A stretch of 64,000 bases of DNA from Chrysomallon squamiferum (GCA_012295275.1 CM022678.1:17360001-17424000), one strand, 5' to 3'; positions 47,301 through 60,344 are shown, counted from the stretch's first letter. Notes: generated from the letters alone by a model not told the origin. Numbers and translations: made by a program.

Positions 47301-48556
47301 AAAAAAAATTTAAATACCTATGAGATTATAACATCTTTTTTTTCATATCAACAAATATACAGGTGAAAAAAAACAACAAAGAAACATCTAAAAAAAAAAA
47401 CTAAAAACAGATTTTTATATAACTAAAAATAGTAATTTTTTTCATACTTTGTTAATCAGAAATTTGGAAATGTCAGAAACTAAAATATCTCACCTGGTCC
47501 GTTCAAGGCGAAATTGCTGACAGCAAGCGTCGCGGTCTTCTGAACAAGAACGTCAGTGGAGCGTAACAGATCAACAAGAGGCTGAGCCATCCGTTCTGTT
47601 AGTGCAGTTTGCACTGAAATAATTCACATATTTATTTACTTAATTTGCATATTTATTTACTTAATTTGCATATTTATTTACTTAATTTGTATATTTATTT
47701 ATTTATTTACATAAGTATTTAGTTATTTGCTATACTACAACTATTACTACTACTTCTACCTCTACTGTTACCAATCTCACTATTACTGCTGCTACTGCAA
47801 CTCACTTTGTCTCTGATTTAAACAAAACAGGCCACCATTACTACCACTACAACTACTACAACTGCTACTACAACAACTACTACTTCTACAGCTACTACAA
47901 CCATTACTAACAGTATAAGGCTTGCTTCATTCACTGACTTCTACAAAGCAGAGAGCAGCAAACCTCTGAAGCTCTTCATCCTACTACTACTACTACCATC
48001 ACAACTACAGCTACTACTACAACTACTGCTACTACCACCATGAAACTAGTGCTCACACTGTTTACTGATTTTGACAAAGCAGAGAGTGGCAGACTACTAC
48101 AACTACTTCTACGGCTGATACAACTACAATAACAACTACCACATTTACTACAACTACTACTGCTACAGCTGTATAAAAGCAGGACTCACTTCGCTCACTG
48201 ATTTCGACAAAGCACAAAGCGGCAGATCGCTGAAGTTCCTCGTTGTCGGAGTAAGTGAGAATCTGCAGAGCATGAAGATGTTCCTCTGAAATCACTGGAT
48301 CCTGTCCTGCATCTGAAATAAACAAACAAGTAAATAAATAAATAAATATATTTATGTTAATAAATAAATAAGATAATAAATAAATAAATAAATTTGTTAA
48401 TTAAATATTAAAAGTGGATATAGGAAACTAAGCACAGTTAAAGATGTTTGTGTGACAGTTCAGAAATGTTAACCTAAACAACAAGAACAAATAACAGCTT
48501 CCAGTCAGGCTTTTAATTTCTCAATTTTAAAGATTTCATCAGTAAAATACCACTTT

Positions 48557-48587
<31 letters not shown>

Positions 48588-48923
48588 GTAAAATAAAATA
48601 TACATCAAACTATACAGTAACTTGTTGTTTTTTGTAATATATTTTCACACTTATTGACAGAAGAAAATCATTCCTAGTTTGTTTTGTCTCTCAGTCTCAC
48701 CAGTTTCCAGATAGTTCAGCAAATTCTCCACAGCAATCTTCTCACTGTCCAACAACATAGTCCCGTACTCTTCTCCGTTGAAGCCATTGCCTGTGGGTGG
48801 GACCTGGACACACCCACATGTGATTATACACAGGCAGTACTGCAGCAGTCGCCGTAGCAACGCGATCACTTCGTCGACCGGACTCGGTTTCGGTCGCTCT
48901 ATTCGAATGTCGAACTCCTTCAT
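41315..48923 (-). CDS. VAC8: Vacuolar protein 8-like armadillo-repeat protein (590 aa, 13 coding exons)
   Basis: 13 GT-AG exons splice in frame to 1773 nt. The motifs [130 protein letters not shown] and [13 protein letters not shown] are collinear with fungal Vac8. Confidence 0.93.
42145..42270 (-). CDS. VAC8: Vac8-like coding exon 12
   Basis: [42 protein letters not shown]; 126 bp. Confidence 0.93.
42645..42878. repeat. About 30-bp intronic minisatellite, 8 copies (aaacaggaagtagactggttc core)
   Basis: gactggtt-like cores at about 42660, 42690, 42720, 42752, 42782, 42812, 42837 and 42868; the array abuts the exon 11 donor. Confidence 0.85.
42886..43020 (-). CDS. VAC8: Vac8-like coding exon 11
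   Basis: [45 protein letters not shown]; 135 bp. Confidence 0.92.
43601..43715 (-). CDS. VAC8: Vac8-like coding exon 10
   Basis: [38 protein letters not shown]; an in-frame alternative acceptor lies 12 nt downstream. Confidence 0.88.
44089..44214 (-). CDS. VAC8: Vac8-like coding exon 9
   Basis: [42 protein letters not shown]; 126 bp. Confidence 0.93.
44764..44897 (-). CDS. VAC8: Vac8-like coding exon 8
   Basis: [44 protein letters not shown]; donor gtaagt. Confidence 0.92.
45473..45518 (-). CDS. VAC8: Vac8-like coding exon 7
   Basis: [15 protein letters not shown]; 46 bp, tttcag acceptor, gtaaga donor. Confidence 0.93.
45761..45969 (-). CDS. VAC8: Vac8-like coding exon 6
   Basis: [44 protein letters not shown]...REK; 209 bp. 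Confidence 0.95.
46182..46370. repeat. Tandem repeat derived from the 3' end and donor of Vac8-like exon 5 (7 copies including the exonic one)
   Basis: gtgag(tgag)nGTTAAGTATTtaatacac units; the copy at 46348-46370 is coding sequence (ILNLTHS). Confidence 0.88.
46348..46470 (-). CDS. VAC8: Vac8-like coding exon 5
   Basis: [41 protein letters not shown]; 123 bp. Confidence 0.95.
46997..47119 (-). CDS. VAC8: Vac8-like coding exon 4
   Basis: [41 protein letters not shown]; 123 bp. Confidence 0.93.
47494..47613 (-). CDS. VAC8: Vac8-like coding exon 3
   Basis: [40 protein letters not shown]; 120 bp. Confidence 0.93.
47926..47980 (-). pseudogene. Decayed partial duplicate of Vac8-like exon 2
   Basis: Translates to [17 protein letters not shown] versus [18 protein letters not shown] in the real exon. 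A second fragment ([11 protein letters not shown]) lies at 48061-48093. Confidence 0.85.
48190..48312 (-). CDS. VAC8: Vac8-like coding exon 2
   Basis: [41 protein letters not shown]; 123 bp, phase 1-1. Confidence 0.95.
48701..48923 (-). CDS. VAC8: Vac8-like coding exon 1 ([10 protein letters not shown]...NLLNYLET)
   Basis: Acceptor before 48935, ATG at 48923, donor G|gtgaga. Confidence 0.85.
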
Positions 48924-49853
48924 AGTCTCTGTGTGCTGAAAGAGAAAAACAAATTGAACGTTAGGAAATGTTTATAAAGACTGAGCCTCCTTTTTTTTTC
49001 ATATATATATATATATTTTTTATTATTGCTTTCGTTTGTATATTTATTTATTCGTTTGTTTATTTATTTATTTATTTAATTATTATTATTTTTAAAATAA
49101 TGTAGACTGATTTTTTCTATGTGTTACACATGTAAGTATTTTATGATAGACAATTCAATTAATTTAAATTATTTAATCTTTACATTCTTGAGTCTTATAG
49201 TTGGCATACTTTTATTCTGCACAGACTGTGTCTTTTTAAATACTATTCTAACCTGTTAGAATAAACATTGCTATACAAACTCAGCAATACTGAAATAGTG
49301 ATGAAAATTTTGTGTCAGTTACTGTGTATATTTATATGAAAGTATGTATATATGCTTTTATGTGTACATGTGCGTGTATATATATATATATATATGTATG
49401 TATGTAGATGTATATATGTGTGTGTGTGTTTATGTGTATGTGTATGTGTATGTGAATGTGTGTGTGTTTATGTGTATGTGAATGTGTGTGTGTTTATGTG
49501 TATGTGAATGTGTGTGTGTGTGTGTTTATGTGTATGTGAATGTGTGTGTGTGTGTATGTGTATGTGAATGTGTGTGTGTGTGTGTGACTGAAAATTAATG
49601 TAACACAAATACAATTTTATAAAATATAACAGCTAGTTTTACTAATGCTAACATGCTTTATAACAGGAAAAAATTGATGCAAACAGATTTTAAAGTCTTT
49701 TTTTGTTGTTCAAACAGTTTATTTTAAACTATTTATAAAACTTTAACTACGAAAACAAATGCTACAAATCAAAGAGAAACTTTACAGTTTCCTTTTTACA
49801 ACTGTCAAATTATAATAATTATATGTATATGTGTTTGTGTGTGTGTGTGTTTG

Positions 49854-49899
<46 letters not shown>

Positions 49900-51369
49900 A
49901 ACACATATACATGCAGATACAAAAATACACACATATTTACATATACACACACACACATATATACAAATATATACATACACACAAAAACACAAAAACACAC
50001 ACACACACACACACATACACACACATACATATTTGCTTTACTTGTATAACTCAACTATTATGGCTACTGAAGGAAACATGAAAAAGAAAATTGTGAAAAT
50101 ATCTGAGAAATTATAAATGTGTTATTAAAGTTATAGATTACAAAATTTCTGCATTTGAGCCTGTCATTAATAAGTTTAAGTAATAATGATAGCCCTGTTG
50201 TTGTTTTTTTTAACCATCAAGCTTATTTTATTACAACTGATTATCAAAAAAGTCCAGTGTGACTAGTAATTAGATATATAATATATATTATTAATGTGAC
50301 CCATGTAATACAGTTTGTATTTTACATCAAGACTTTGGCAACAGATGGTTAAATTTTTTTTTTTTTTTTTTTGAAATTTAAAAATGAAAAAAACAAAAAA
50401 AAACAGCAATGGAATTTACATAACTTTGAGTTTATATGAATAATAGTTTTAATATTACTGTTTTTTTTTATTCTTGTTATAGTAATAGTAGTAGTAGTAG
50501 TAGTAGTAGTAGTTATAGTAATAGTAGTAGTAGCAGAATTAGTAGTAGTACTACTAGTAGAAACAGTAACAGTAATAATAGTATCAGTGGTAGTAGTATT
50601 AGTAGTTGCAGTAGTCATAGTAAAAACAGTAGTAAACCAGTAGTACTTGTAATAGTATAGGGTACTAGTAATAGTAGTTGTAGATATAGTATTGTCTTGT
50701 AGTAGTATTAGTAGCAGTAGCAGTAGCAGTAGTAGATGTAGCAGAAGTAGTAGCACCAGCAGTAATTGTAATAGTAGAGTAGTGGTAACAGTACTGTGTA
50801 CTAGTAATGGTAGTACTTGCTGTAGATGTAGTACTGTATAGTAGCAGTAGTAGTTGTAGTAGTAGTAGTAGCAGAAGTAGTAGCACCAGCATTAATTGTA
50901 ATAGTAGAGTAGTAGTAACAGTACAGTGTACTAGTAACAGTAGTACTAGCTGTAAATGTAGTACTGTATAGTAGCAGTAGTAATAGTAGTAGTAGTAGTA
51001 GCAGTAGTAGTTGTAGTAGTAGTAGTAGTAGTAGAAGTAGTAGTAGCAGTAGTAGTTGTAGTAGTAGTAGTAGTAGTAGTAGTAGTTGTAGTAGTTGTAG
51101 TAGTAGTAGTATATTTCACTTTACTGCTGTTGTTATTGTCGTACAGCTAAACTGTTTCTAACATTTCACAAGTTTACGCAGTCTCTTCAGAAGCACGACA
51201 GAGTTTTACACACAAAACACAAATTACACAGAGGTAATTATCCACAGGTGGTCTCATTTGCCAGGTTCTATTTCAGTATAATCTGTCACAATTCACAACC
51301 GTTTTGACGTAACCGTAACAACCGCACTGTAGATTATTTATTCCAGTCCTTTTGACAACGTTACCAATA

Positions 51370-51765
51370 AACCACCAGTGTAACCTGTAACCATAGCAAT
51401 GTAACCTGTAACCACACCACAGTGTAACTGGCAACCATAGCAATGTAACCTGAAACCACACCACAGTGTAAACCTGTAACCATAGCAACATAACCTGAAA
51501 CCACACCAGTGTAAATCTGTAAACATAGCAATGTAACATGTAACCATAGCAATGTAACCTGTAACCACACCAGTGTAAACCTGTAACCATAGCAATGTAA
51601 CCTGTAACCACCCCACAGTGTAAACCTGTAATAACACCATAGTGTAAACCTGTAACAGTAACAACATAACCCCAGCAAACCTGCTACTACTACTACTACC
51701 TGTAACCAGAACTAACCTGTAACCATAGCAACATAACCAGTGTAACCAGAGTAACCAGTGTGACC
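51370..51765. repeat. Tandem repeat (unit about 22/44 bp) built on GTAACCATAGCAAY, an RFX X-box-like motif
   Basis: Copies start at 51387, 51431, 51476, 51519, 51540, 51583 and 51719. Confidence 0.88.
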
Positions 51766-52168
51766 ACCAGAACAGTTCCAGCCAGTGACAACCAAACTGT
51801 GACAGTCTGTGTCAGTTTTGTGGGGTTTTTTGATTTTTGTATTTTTACTGCGACTTTGTCAAGTTCCGCTGATAATCTGAGTACATTATCCACTTAGTGT
51901 CCATATAATCACCCAGGTCATCCACTGGTCAGACTGACCACTGGTAGTAGTAGATGGACAGGTGTTCATAAACAACAGAGTTGGGGTTTTTTGTTAAGTG
52001 GTCACTTGAGATTGATTAGTCTAAATCTAGACAGGATTAAAGGCAGAGTTTACTGTTCAGAGTTTAAGAAATGAATAATGAAAGATCTTGGTACAGCTTT
52101 GATTCTTGAGATACTAATATACAGTAGAAAATGCACACATACACAGACACACACACACACATACACAG

Positions 52169-52202
<34 letters not shown>

Positions 52203-52206
52203 ACAC

Positions 52207-52287
<81 letters not shown>

Positions 52288-53864
52288 TATAGGCTGCACC
52301 CATTCATTGAATCACAAATATACATGTTGCTTTGCATATGATCTGAAAGTTAGCTTCCAAAATTTATCATACAGAAAATGAATAAAATTATTATAGAAAT
52401 TTAAAATAAAAATAATAAATAATCCATTTCTTGAATTACTGAAGAGAAATATTTTAAAATTTAAAATAATTTATTTATAAAAATATACAATGTAATAAGA
52501 AGGAAAAAAATAAGGAAAAAAAGAATATTTATCATTTAATATTTAAACAATTTGTAAATGTTTTATAAACTTTTTCATTTAAAATGGTGGGGTAAAATTC
52601 TAAATATATATTTGTTTTTCAGTCATTTAGTTCAGAAAACATTAATGAGTTTAATAAACTATCTATAATAGTAATAATAATAATAACAACAACAACAACA
52701 ATAATAACAATAATAATAATAACAATAATTTAATCTTTCTATTCAAAAATTACTAACAAAAATTACATTAAAAAATATAAAAATTCTAAAAACTTACATA
52801 CTCAACAAAACACACACTTGCTATTACACTGAACCATATGAAATGAGAACGTGAATATTTTTAATATTTCATTTTTACTACAACTTCCACAAAGAACCCT
52901 TTGAACTACATATGAGGATAATTTGACCTACTTCCATTGTCACCTGGCTATAATGGGTCTGTATTGGTGACCTGTTTCACACAATGAAGTAAGCACTGTC
53001 AAAATAACACAGTGTTATTATATACGTCTGTACTTGTACACATCAGTTAAACTGCGTATATGATAAGTAGGTGTGATATACAGTTGCACAGATTTGTGTT
53101 CATGTTAATACAGGTTTTTTTATGTGTCTGAGTCCACTTGGGTGAATGAAGAATTTATTATTATTGTTGTTGTTGTCATAGTAACTGTATACATTCTTTC
53201 TCTCTCTCCCACACATGCTAACATACATACATATAATATACACACACTAGACAACAAACATAGTTAAAAATATATACACAGTACTTTATATTTTTATTGT
53301 TGTATTATTATTATCATTATTATTATTGTTATTGTTATTGTTATTGTTATTATTATTATTATTATTATTATCATCATCATCATAATCATTATAATTATCA
53401 ACATCATCATTATCATATTTAATTTAATTTAATGACTTTAAACACCATTTTCCCACCTCGTTGACATATTTTTACTGCTACCACAACTGCCTTCAGCACA
53501 ACAACTTTTAGATCTGATGCCACTGTATTACAATTGGTGCAAGAGTACTAATAAAAAAATAGTATTACTAATATTAGAACTAGTACTACCAACATACCAC
53601 TATCACTTATACTACTACTACTACTACTACTAAAACTACTGTATTATTTATTGTTTATTGTACTCTTTCTGGGTCATTTAATTCCCATGTACTTTTATTT
53701 TGTTATGTATTTTTTTTTCTGGGTCATTTCCTGCAATTAGGTCACTTCTTTTTAAAGAAGAATTTTTCTTACAATCAGGTCACTTCCTGTGTGATAATTT
53801 GATGATTTTCATTGGTTGATTTGTTGTCATTGTTATTATATCATTTTCAGAAATGTTGAGTAGT

Positions 53865-53927
<63 letters not shown>

Positions 53928-55340
53928 TTGTTATCTTGGTTTATCACTTTTTGTATTGATTTCTTGTGATTTTGTTTTTTGTTTATTTATTTATTTATTT
54001 ATTTATTTTCTTGATTGGGTTGTGGTATTTTCTTCAAAGCAAAAAGTTTTCACTGAATAATTATTTATCTGTGTGTATGCAGATACATACACCTAATTTT
54101 CTTTCTTTCTTTCTTTTTCTCACCATTTCTATCTTGATAAAATTTAATATTAATATTCAAAACTTGACAGCCAATGAAATTTCCTTAATAATCATTTTAG
54201 TTTATAAGCATAATATACTTTCATTAATCCATTTATAAAATATCTTTCAAAATCATATATAATTTCTCAACATTACAAATTATAGATTAGAAAGAACACC
54301 ATACATTGTATAGCCATGCATTCATTATACAAATACCGTGGTTGCTATGGTGATTTCAATATCTGCATCTTGTAACCTCAGACCTGGGGGGTTGGTGGGG
54401 GGAGTTAAATAATATGGCCGTGGAGTTGTAATAAAAATAATTCTTGTTTTATCTCAGACTGTAACAGCTTGGTGAGTCCTGTAGACTGACATTGAGATGA
54501 AATTTGCATTTTTAGCAAGATCACAATAAATCTGAATATACAAGAATCCTGTTGTCCTAACTCTTATGTGAAAAAGTGTACAGGAAGTACTGAGACAAGA
54601 ACAACAACAACAACAATAACAATAATAATAATAACAATAATAACAATAAGAAGAAGAAAAAGAAAAACAACAACAAAACTGATGATGATGATAACACAGT
54701 ATCACTTCTACTCATAACTACTACTACAACAACTTGAATAAATTTATAATTATGATGATAATGGTAATGATGATGATGATGATGATAATGATTATTACTA
54801 CTATTACTGCTGCTACTACTATAATCACAACAACTACATCTAAAAATGCTACTAGTGCAGTTACTACTATAACTAAAGCTATTATATCTACTACAACTAT
54901 TACTGTTATTACTATAACTAGTACCACTACTTTTAATTAGTACTGGAACTAAAAGAAGACTACTACTGCTGATACTATAAATACTAATATTAGTCCTACT
55001 GCTATTATTGGTATTTCACCTACAACATATATTAAATATTCTTCTACTACTACTATAATAACAACAACAATAATTACTACAACTACGACTACCATTACTA
55101 GTTCTATTACTACTACTTCTACTATTACTACTGCTGCTACTACTATTACTATTATTATTACTACTACTACTATTACTACTGCTACTACTACTACTATTAT
55201 TACTCCTAATACTACTATTGCTACTACTGCTGCTAATATTACTACTTCTAATACTACTACTACTACATCTACAATTATTACAACCACTGCTTCTATTATT
55301 ACTGCTACTATTACTATTACTGCTGTTACTACCATTACTA

Positions 55341-55374
<34 letters not shown>

Positions 55375-56974
55375 CAATATTTATGTAGATCAGGGCAAAT
55401 TTTTCTTACAACACATACATCTTACAACTACCACAACTGCTGCTGCTGCTCCTGCTACTACTACCACTACTACAACCACAACTACTACTGCCAGTATTTA
55501 CACAGACCAGAGCAATTCTTTTTTTTACAATACATACATCTTACAACTATCAAACCACTACTACTGCTGCTTTTACCACTACTACAACCACTACTGCCAG
55601 TATTCATGCAGACTGGGGCAAGCTCTTTACAACTCATGCACCTAACAGCAGTAACTTTTACAACATCGACATCTGCTGTAACGTCAACAGATGTCTGTAT
55701 CATTATTTCAACATCCCTTGCTGGTTATCATATACAGTAGCAGCTTTCTCGTTATTCTGCAGATAATTCATTATTACTACATGTGTGTGTGTGTTGTATG
55801 TGTGTGTGATACGAGATATATGCTACGTAGGCTATGCTAACGAGGTATGTGATAACTGGGACAAGTGTTAATGGGGGTGATTCGGAGAGATCTGATAAGG
55901 ACAGATTTGTTAGCACCTGATAATAGGAAGAATAGTTTAGCATACGAAACAAAGGATGATTTCAAAGGAAGAGCAATAGTAGCAGTTGTTGTAGTTGTTG
56001 TAGTAGTAAAGAGTATTTAGTAGCAGTAGTAAGTAGTAATAGGAGAAGAAAATAGTAGTAGGAAGTAGTACTAGTAGCAGTAGTAGCAGTAGTTAATAGC
56101 AGAAGAAAGTGGTATTAATAATAGTGGTAATAGGAGTAATAGAAGCAAAACTAGTAGTAGTGGTGGTAGTTGTGATACCAGGTAGTAGTAGTAATAGTAG
56201 TAATTATTAGTAACAGAGTTAGTAGAAGTAGGTGTAGTAGTAATAGTAGTAGTATAAGTAGCAACAGTAGTAGCACTGTAGGGTAGTAGTAGTAAAAAAT
56301 AGTTGTAAGAGTAAGTAGTAGTAGCTGTTGTAGTAGTAACAGTAGTAGTAGTTGTTGTTGTTGTAGTAATAGTAGTTGTTGTAGTAGCAGTAGTTGTTGT
56401 TGTTGTAGTGGTGGTAGTTTTTGTTGTAATAGCTGTAGTAGTTGTAGTACTTGTAGCACTGGTACTTGTAGCACTGGTAGTGGTAGTAGTAGTTGTAGTA
56501 ATTGTTATTACTGTTTGGTCCTGAATCATGTGTTTGATGTAAGATAATCGGTGATAAAGAAAATGTACATCACAAAATAAAAATCTAATTCACTGTCTAC
56601 AGATGAATGCTGTACATTTTCATCTAATTTTTGTCAACTTTAGTTTTATTATTTTGGTCACACTCAGGAAAATAGTTCATTAGGAAAATGTTAAAAGGAA
56701 ACTTCCAAATAATTCTTTTAGCTGTGATTTTAGTTAATTAATTAATATATTTCTTAATTTATTTATTTATGTATTTATTTATTTAACACAAGATCGCAGT
56801 TGAACTTGAGAGAGTTCTGTCCCAAGTTTTATTTCATCATAAAATATTAAAAATCAATAAACAACTATTGTGTTAGCATTACAACGTTCACTGATTCTTC
56901 ACTCAGGCAGTTTAACCGTAAACTCGTGAAAACAAAACGTGCTAAAAATCAATAGCCATCGCAGAACAAAATAT

Positions 56975-57048
56975 GGCCGGTAAGAAGAATTGATCCTGGA
57001 ACCTATCGCGACTCTGTACTATGGCTTAACCAAGACGACAACCCAACC
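56975..57048 (-). mobile_element. Possible tRNA-derived SINE head remnant
   Basis: Minus strand GTCGTCTTGGTTAAG ... CAGGATCAATTC ... ACCGGCCA, with tRNA-like A/B-box spacing but no intact cloverleaf. Confidence 0.3.
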
Positions 57049-57773
57049 CACGCTGCTCGTCAACGAAGTTAACATCAGTGTAACGTGTCGTTTTCGATAC
57101 AAAAATACAAAAATAACAGCTTGTTCGGTAAACAAAACTTTAAGTATTGTTTTCTAAACAAGGCAAACAAGAAATTGATCGTAAACAGAACAATAAAAAA
57201 TATTAATAAAAATCCTGTTTTTTGTTAACAAGACAATAAAGTAACATTTGTAAACAATTAGTTACTGTTTGCAAACAACACAAAAAAAAAAAGGGTTTTC
57301 AAAAGTCTGCTACAGAAAATATCTAACAGCTGACTCAGGAAGTTTCGTTTGGCATTTTTGAAGTAAATCCATATTTGGGTAAAGAAGAAAGAGTAGACAG
57401 GCTGAGAAGTCTGCTCAGGTCGATGCAAACGCTCAACAACTACGACAGCTGCGAGACGTGGAACATTGATTATAGACGAAGACCTTGGTGCAGACGTTGT
57501 TGGTGCATAAACATAAAAAGTTGTTTTCTAGTAATAAATTAGAATAAGGTGACTGCAGAGAGAACAACAGAGTCTGTGAGTCTGTCTGTCTTTGTGTGTG
57601 TCTGTGTGTCTCTACTTGTGAAAAAGTGTGTATGTGTGAGTGTATGTGTATGTATGTATCTTTATGCATGTCTACATGTGTGAGTGAGTGTATATGTATG
57701 AGTGTATTTTTGTATGTGTGTATGTATGTTGACTGTGTGTATGATTGTATGATAGTGAATGTATGTGTATTTT

Positions 57774-57847
<74 letters not shown>

Positions 57848-58150
57848 AGAGAAATCCCTGATAAATAAAACTCCAGTGTCTTGAAATAAACCTAGCCTAG
57901 CCTATAAACAGAAACATATACACAAGGCCACATAAACCGTCCAGCTGCTGTGATTACTTTAAAAGTCCTTACACACAGTTCATGTTTCCAAGATACACTT
58001 TCACAAGACCCAATCTTTACTGCTAATAAAGTAGCACGACATTGCATCATAAAAAGGTGAGAGATAACATAACTTTATCAGATAAAGTTATACTGATATG
58101 TCTTTTTAAGCTATGTTCTTCTTAACTATTCTCTATCTCATCCTCTCATT

Positions 58151-58199
<49 letters not shown>

Positions 58200-59829
58200 T
58201 ATCATTCTTGCTCACTCTCTCTATCTCTCTCTCAATTCTTTCTGTCCCTTTCTACATCATATCTCTATCACTTTTTCAACCCTTTTTTTAATAAATAAAT
58301 AAAACCAATGGTAACAGGTATTACAACTTACACTGTATAAATAAATTCTCAACCACTGGTGAGACCTCAATATATTCACCAGGCAGCCATTACATACACT
58401 GTTTACCTACCTCACTTCTGTTATTACATACAAAGATAACATCATTGCAGAGATGTGTTTCTTTAATTGCGTCTAATGTCTAATGTCTAAAAGTCTAAGT
58501 AAACATTAAATATGAAATGAGGTTTGTTTTATATGCAATGTAAAGGTTAAGAAATTGTTTTTAAATTAAAATGTTCAAAGTTTAGCACAGATGTTTAATA
58601 AAAATTGATTTAGAACAAACTGGAGTTTTGGCTAAGGTTGCTTGATGAAAATAATAATGATGATGTTATTAATAGTAGTAGTAGTAGTAGTAGTAGTAGT
58701 TGTAAGAGTAGTAGTAGTAGTAGTGATAGTAGTACTACCAATAATAATAATAATAATAACAACAATTACGATGATGATGATAATAATAATACTAATGACA
58801 AAAATAATTATAATACTTATATTAATAATCATGATAATAATAATAGTAATAGTAGTTTTAGTAGTAATGTAATAATAACAACAGTAATAATAATAATAAT
58901 AGAGCAACAGAAATTAAATGAAATACTCATAGAAGCAGTAAAAGTGATGGTTGTAATAGTATTTGTTGCAGTTGTAGTAGTGGTAGTAGTAGTAGTAGTA
59001 GTAGTAGTAGTAAAATGGAGAGGAAAAATCCGATACATATAATAATAACTACAATAAAAAAAATGTATAGCAAATAATAAAAAGTGAAAACAACTTTTTT
59101 AACATTTTTATTTTAAATGTTATTATTTAATTATTGTTATGTTTTTATCACAGATTATGAAAAAAACCTAAATACGTTTACCTATTTTCAACTGTTTCTT
59201 ATTTATTGTCATTGATGCTAATCTTTACCACTAATAAAGTTTGATGCAATATTAACAAATATTTGATGTTCAGTTTTCTTCCTTTTTTTTTTATTTGTTT
59301 GTTCTTGTGACATCATATTTTGTGTTTTGGGGGGTTATTTGGCTGGGGGGGTAGTTCTTTAATTACTTTTTACAGACTGTTAATCCATCATGATAAGTAT
59401 AAAAGTAAACAGATAGCCGGAACAGGAAAAATATCTCTTAATTTTTGCTTAGGAATGAAAACCTGAATGCTCTATTATTACAAAAACACAATTAAACTTT
59501 AATCCCTGAAAAAAACCCTAAACCAAACAGATTTTAGTTATTAGCTAAAAAAAACATATGTCAGAATATCAATGCATTTAGATTTGGTTAATTGGAATAG
59601 TTTTTGTTTTATTACTTTCCAGGATTCTCAGTATAATTATCAAAAGGAAAGTTTATGCACTTAAGAACAGAGAGTAAAGGATTAATTACTAGAAAAACTG
59701 AGACAAAGAAACTCAGGTGAGATGAACAAAAGATTAACATTTGGTTAATTAACATTGATTTTTCACTTTCTTCATCTTTGTTCTCACATTTTTAATTATC
59801 TGCCATCTTACAATTAACAGAAAAAGGTT

Positions 59830-59861
<32 letters not shown>

Positions 59862-60344
59862 TGTATCTACACATACTGATCACAAAACAAACAATTTTTA
59901 ATTAGATTAATTCTAAATGGACTGATCACAAAACAAACAATTCTAAATGGACTTCATGTTCCTGAGAATAAGACTTTATGCCATCAAAGGCAGAATTTTT
60001 GTTTAACCTTATTGTAACTGAAATGTGTGTGTTGTATATAACTCATACAAGACTGTTATTAAACCAGATTCAGGATAATGTTCAGTGACAGAGCTTGGAG
60101 CTTTGTTATTTAATTATATTTTAGAAGTAAATTTCAGACCTTCCCAGAGCAGTTGCTGTTACAAAAACAATAACAGCTTTATTTTTCAGTGAAATGTTTT
60201 CTTTGTGTTGTTGTTTGTAAAAATTATTTTGAGTTTCTTAAAAGAACGGTGAAAAGAACTAAAATTAGCATTATCGACATGAATTCTGAAAATGTATTTC
60301 AACAGACTGCTCATCTTACTGAAAATTATATTATTGACTGTGGA

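Noticed and set aside
51696-51893. ORF with a transmembrane-like segment and a phase-0 donor (CAG|GTTAGT at 51717) that could splice in frame to the Vac8-like start exon
   Set aside because: It starts at GTG right after a stop, has no convincing acceptor, and its hydrophobic part is encoded by the X-box repeat; unsupported without RNA data.
54458-54471. 14-nt plus-strand micro-exon candidate (ttttatctcag|ACTGTAACAGCTTG|gtgagt)
   Set aside because: Splice signals are good, but no partner exons or gene could be identified; this could arise by chance.
55668-55695. Hairpin GACATCTG...CAGATGTC (and palindrome TGGTCAG-A-CTGACCA at 51926)
   Set aside because: The stems are too short for a pre-miRNA and there is no other supporting structure.
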